Assembly (NCBI GenBank): GCA_028826165.1
Contig: JAPDFW010000075.1
Coordinates: forward strand, 124,001 to 188,000
Source: Anaeramoeba ignava BMAN
Taxonomy: Eukaryota > Protista > Anaeramoebae
Direction of reading: 5' to 3'
Length of the DNA stretch: 64,000 nucleotides
Part shown: positions 58,469-64,000 of the stretch, piece by piece
Layout of the letters: the number at the start of each line of letters is the position of its first letter
Numbering within the stretch: the stretch's first letter is position 1
Made by a program: the position numbers and the translations under genes
Notes under the pieces: generated by a model
Seen by the model: only the letters and a program-made list of their open reading frames with translations
Database searches by the model: none
Told to the model about the DNA's origin: nothing

Positions 58469-59035
58469 AATCAAAATTAAAATTAAAATTAAAATTAAAA
58501 TTAAAATTAAAATTAAAATTAAAATTAAAATTAAAATTAAAATTTAAATTTAAAATTAAAATTAAAATTAAAATTAAAATTAAAATTAAAATTAAAATTA
58601 AAATTAAAATTAAAATTAAAATTAAAATTAAAATTAAAATTAAAATTAAAATTAAAATTAAAATTAAAATTAAAATTAAAATTAAAATTAAAATTAAAAT
58701 TAAAATTAAAATTAAAATTAAAATTAAAATTAAAATTAAAATTAAAATTAAAATTAAAATTAAAATTAAAATTAAAATTAAAATTAAAATTAAAATTAAA
58801 ATTAAAATTAAAATTAAAATTAAAATTAAAATTAAAATTAAAATTAAAATTTAAAATTAAAATTAAAATTAAAATTAAAATTAAAATTAAAATTAAAATT
58901 AAAATTAAAATTAAAATTAAAATTAAAATTAAAATTAAAATTAAAATTAAAATTAAAATTAAAATTAAAATTAAAATTAAAAATTAAAATTAAAATTTAA
59001 AATCAAAATTAAAATTAAAATCAAAATCAAAATTA
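58469..59035 (+). repeat. (AAAATT)n microsatellite, ~570 bp
   Basis: Near-perfect hexamer array. Confidence 0.95.
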
Positions 59036-59147
59036 AAAAGAAAGAAAAATAATTTTTTTTTCATTTTTTCATTTTTCATTTTTTTTCTTTTTTAAATCAA
59101 ATTTTTTTTTATTACATCAAAAAAAAAAAATTTTTTTTCTTTTTTTA

Positions 59148-62100
59148 ATGTCTTTACCTCCTTCTGTTCCACGACAACTTCTACCACAAGATCCTCAAGA
59201 AATGCATCCATCTCATCAATCTGTTATTGATCAAACAATAACAAATCAAAATTTCATTCAAAACCCAACAATTGATTTTCAATTTTCGCATCCATTTGCA
59301 CATTTCGCAATGGGTGAATCAACTCAACCTTCACAACAATCACAACAACAATCCTATCATGAAAATCCTCAGTTTAATTTCCCTGTACAACAACCACAGA
59401 ACACAACACAAACACAACCGTCTTATACTTTTCCAATTCAACCAAATCGAAATTTAATTCCAAATCCTTATTATTCATCACAGTTTCGATATCCCGAATA
59501 TCCCAACACAAATCCACAGCAAAATCTTCAACAAAATCCTCAACAAAAACCAAAAATCAATGATTCGCAAGAAGAATCAAATCAAAATCATCCGCAATCT
59601 TTTCAAAAGCCAAATATGAGTTCTTTTGCTTTTATTCCGCAAAATTTTCAACATCCAAATTTAACTCAAAATTTCCAACAACAACAACAACAACAACAAC
59701 AACAAAATATTCCGCAAAATTTTCAACAACAAAATATTCCTTATCCTTTTGTATTTCAACGCTTTCCGTTTTCTTATTATGCTTCTCCTCAACAACCTTT
59801 ATATTATGCACAACCTTCTGTTCATCAAAAGTAACTAAAATAAAATAAAACAAAACAAAATTTTAATTGAATTTTTTTTAATTAATTTTGATCAGTTGAA
59901 TCATTTTTTTATTTATTTATTTTTAATTTAATTTAATTTTTTTTCCTTTTTTTAATTAATTAATTTTTATTGGAAAAAAAAAATTTTTTTTTATTAATCT
60001 TTATTTTTTATTCTTTTTTATTCTTTTTTATTCTTTTTTATTTTTAAATTAAGTAATGTTGAAGGAAAATCAGAAGATTCTCCCAAAAATTATAAATTTG
60101 AATTCGCAATTCGTTATCTTGATGAAGCAAAAGCTCAATTCCAAGATCGACCCGAAGTATTTGAGCAATTTTTACAAGCAATGAAGGAATTCAAAATGCA
60201 AATAATTGATTTACCAACTGTTTTAGAAAAGGTCAAAAAACTATTTGCAGGTCATGATAATTTAATCAGTAAATTCAACCATTTTCTTACAAACGGAGCA
60301 AATCTTCCAACACCAGAAACACCAGAATCTCGACTCAAAGAAATTTATCGCAGTCTTCCTCACGAAAAAGTTGGTCGATTTCATGCTCTTTTACAAAGAT
60401 TTCAAGAAAACAAAATTCCAAAAGAAAAACTTCTTTTTGAAGTCCAAAAACTTTTTCAAAATCGCCAATTATTCGAAAATTTCTTAAGTTATTTTCCAAA
60501 AGAATCCCCTCAAAAATTCAAACAAAATCAACGAAGTCCTCAAAAGCCTTTTCGTGTTGTAAATGAGCCAAAGACTTGGGAAAATATCATTGAAGAGGAT
60601 GATTCCATTTCTGATCCTGAATTTAAATTGAAAATCATTTCCGTTTTTTCAAAACTTAAAAGGAAACTTGATCGAGAAAATTATTCTCATTTCCTCAAGA
60701 TTTTGGGAATTTTTTCAAGTCGTTTAATAACATCAAAAGATGCTTTTATTTTGATGAAAAATCTTCTTGAATCAAATTCAATTACGGATACACGATTATT
60801 GAATCATATTCGAGATGTTTTATTGAATCCTAAATTGCAATTAGCTCAAAAAACATCTTCAGAAGATCAACACGATTCACATGTAAATTTAAAATTAAAT
60901 TAAAATTCATTTATAAAATTAAAATTCATTTATTAATTTTTTTTTCCTCTTCTCTTCTTAAAAGACTGGTCACTCATCAGAACAAATCACAAGTACAAAT
61001 GATAATAAATTATCAACATCAAAACCTTCTGCTGTTGATAATGATGATTCAACTAATTTAAATTTTGAAGAAACAATATCACAATTAAATACCTCAATTC
61101 AAAATAACAAAGAAATTATCGGCAAATTACAAGTCATTTTAAAAACTATCGAGCAAGACAACAATCCAAACGATCTTATCAAGGATCTTGTCAGTAATCC
61201 TTTTTATCAAAAAACCTTCTCAGTTATTTATGGAAAAACTACATCCGATGCTCTTATAAGTTTCCCTCAAAATCCAAAAGTAACAACACATATTTTCTGT
61301 CAAAGGTTCAAGCAAAGAGTTCAATTTTTAGAATCTCAACGCAGAAAATTAATTGATCAAATATGCTCTTATCAAAAACAAATGTTTGATACAATGAAAG
61401 AAGATTATGAGCATGAACTTTTTCATTATGAACAAAAACATTTCCAATTTCAATGTGAATTTTATTTTAATATTTTTAAATTTTTAATTTTTAATTTTTA
61501 ATTTTTAATTTTATTTAGATCTCCTTTTCCAATCTAAATTCAAATGCGTCTCTCAACAAATTGATAACAAAGATACTCATGATTTAATCCCAAATTCAAT
61601 TGAATATTACATGCCAAATGATAATGTTCACCAATTTATCATTGATATCCTCATCTCAGCACTCGATTATCTTCCAACACTAAGATCTTTCCAAAAAACC
61701 AATTCTTCACTTAGCTCAGCACTCAAGAAACTTTTAGCACATAAACTCAAATCAAAAACACCATCTATATTAACAAACAATGATCTCGAATTAATAAAAC
61801 ATAAAATTAGCAAATTTCATACACGATTTCTCATGAATTTCTGGAAATTTGGACCGTATATCAACAAAGGAGAATCGAATGAAGATCCAGTCCAAACTCA
61901 AATTGCCGCAGAAGAGAAATATTCTCCAATTATTTTCCAAGAAGATTCAAATTCACAAAATTTAAACGCAAAAAATTCACCAAAAACAGTTTTTTACGGA
62001 AACAAAAATTTCTATATATTTTTCCGACTTTATGGAGAATTGTACCAGAGAATACTTCAATGCGAAGAAGAGATGAATTCAATATCACAAGGCATTCATA

Positions 62101-62816
62101 GTGAAAACACAACACAAACAGCACAAATGGGAGCCAAAAAATCCAACGGAAAAGAAACTCCAATTGTGAAAATTTATCAACTTGTCAAGGATTATATTTC
62201 TGGGAAAATAAATTTCGACACGTATCGCGATAATTGCAATAATTGGTTCCATCAGCCTTGGAAAATTTATTACGCAGATCGATTGATTGGATCGTTGATT
62301 CAAATTGTGACCAAAATTATGCTCAAACCAAAAAATCAAAAGTTGATTTCTCTTCTAAAATACGAGTCTGCAAAGACTTATGTTACAGAAGATGCTTTGC
62401 TTTCTGATTGTTATACAATCATGAACAAGAAACCTGTTTTCAAGTTTGATTTTGTTCATAAGAATGAAACAGTTGAACAAAAAGATTCAGAAACGGTTTC
62501 AAATATTTTAAAAATTTCATGTGTTCAAAATCAATTTCCAAATAAAAAAGATTGGTTTGTTTCCACTTATCAATCACAGATTTTTATTGAGAAATTTATT
62601 CATAAAATTGAGGAAGGTGGAAATTATCAAACAAACACTCCTTATTTACTTAGAAATATTCTGAAATGTCCCATCTGTCGGAAACTAAATAATGTGGTTG
62701 GTTTCAATCAATTAGAAAGAAAATCTCATATAAAAAGATATTCTTGGGTTTATGTTCAAAATACTTGCGATTTTTTTTATCGAATGAATTTTTTGGATCG
62801 TCATCATAAATTATAA
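59148..62816 (+). CDS. SIN3: Sin3-like PAH-domain co-repressor (introns 59831-60053, 60883-60964, 61455-61518)
   Basis: PAH1 FAIRYLDEAKAQFQDRPEVFEQFLQAMKEFK...KLFAGHDNLISKFNHFL; a PAH3-like segment YSHFLKILGIFS; Sin3 C-terminal motifs FYGNKNFYIFFRLY, PYLLRN and VYVQNTCDFFYR. Introns splice in frame. Confidence 0.8.
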
Positions 62817-62929
62817 GGAATGATCTTGTAAATTTTTTTTTTTTGAAATGATTTTGCTTCTCTTAATTCAATAGAGATTAATTTTTTTTTTTTTCACAAA
62901 ATAAAATTCTTTTCTAATTTACAATATTT

Positions 62930-63660
62930 AATTTAAATTTATAAAATATTTTTAAAATATTAATCTTTTTTGATATTAAATTAAAATAATTTATATTATA
63001 TTTAATTTAAATATTTTAATATTTAAAATTTAAATCATTTTTATAATTTATAAAAAATATTTAATTTTAAATTTATAAAATATTAATTTTTAAATATTAA
63101 TCTTTTTTGATTTTAAATCAAATAATCTAAATTATATTTAATTTATAATATTTGGATAATTTATTAATTTAATTTTTATTTAAAATTTAAATCATTTTTA
63201 ATTTATAAAATATTAAATTTAAATTTATAAAATATTAATTTTTAAATATTAATCTTTTTTGATTTTAAATCAAATAATTTATATTATATTTAATTTATAA
63301 TATTTGGATAATTTATTAATTTAATTTTTATTTAAAATTTAAATCATTTTTAATTTATAAAATATTTAAATTTAAATTTATAAAATATTAATTTATAAAA
63401 TATTAATCTTTTTTGATTTTAAATCAAATAATTTATATTATATTTAATTTATAATATTTAGATAATTTATTAATTTAATTTTTATTTAAAATTTAAATCA
63501 TTTTTAATTTATAAAATATTTAAATTTAAATTTATAAAATATTAATTTTAAAATATTAATCTTTTTTGATTTTAAATCAAATAATTTAAATTATATTTAA
63601 TTTATAATATTTGGATAATTTATTAATTCAATTTTTATTTAAAATTTAAATCATTTTTAA
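62930..63660. repeat. AT-rich tandem repeat, unit ~153 bp, ~5 copies
   Basis: Anchor TCTTTTTTGATTTTAAATCA at ~63101, 63253, 63407 and 63560. Confidence 0.85.
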
Positions 63661-63872
63661 ATTGCGATCTTATTTAATTTAAATTTATAAAATTTGGATC
63701 ATTCAACATTTAATTTTCTTTTCTTTTTCTTTTTCTTTTGTTTGTGCTTTGTTTTGTTTTGTTTTGTTTGGTTCTCATTTTTAAAAAACAAATTTTTTTT
63801 TTAATTTTTTTTTCATTTTTTTTTTCATTTTTTTTTATTTTTAAAAAATTAATTTAAATTAAATTTTAAGAA

Positions 63873-64000
63873 ATGGATGTTCCTGTTGAAAGAGTTGAAT
63901 TAAGTATTTTATGCAATAATTTACCAAGAAGCCAGTCAGCACATTATTTTGTTGTTTTAACTGAAGAAAGTAATGGACAATGGATTGAACTCGGAAGAAC
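63873..64000 (+). CDS. Copine-like C2-domain protein, 3'-truncated by the window edge
   Basis: MDVPVERVELSILCNNL...VVL...GQWIELGRT matches the copine C2A pattern (VELS.SC.NL...W.ELGRTE). Confidence 0.7.
   Translation, partial: MDVPVERVELSILCNNLPRSQSAHYFVVLTEESNGQWIELGR

Noticed and set aside
58469-59035. Telomeric repeat
   Set aside because: G-free hexamer found internally between many genes.

Overview
Extremely AT-rich eukaryotic (protist) genomic DNA with GT-AG spliceosomal introns and the standard genetic code. Gene content and composition (RCC1/ankyrin-BTB expansions, N/Q/E microsatellite-coded tracts, beta-alpha fused transhydrogenase) resemble an anaerobic protist such as Anaeramoeba; this is inference, not shown. 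The window is dominated by expanded ubiquitin-ligase adaptor families. There are 12 intronless RCC1-propeller + tandem-BTB genes in four arrays, with hypervariable blade loops and a near-invariant BTB module; one ankyrin + tandem-BTB gene; and three tandem F-box + ~8-TM (TMEM185-like) genes. Between them lie single-copy genes: ChAPs/exomer-like, a VWA protein, a small GPI-type protein, a YisB-like HNH protein, a UBA-ankyrin-pseudokinase, a 9-exon TTBK/CK1 kinase with a CaaX end, NDC1, NAD(P) transhydrogenase, a divergent Sin3, and the start of a copine-like gene. An SRP (7SL) RNA gene not covered by the ORF track lies at ~39133-39430. Long microsatellites and satellites fill the intergenic space. 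Many frameshifts fall in homopolymers and are probably long-read consensus errors.
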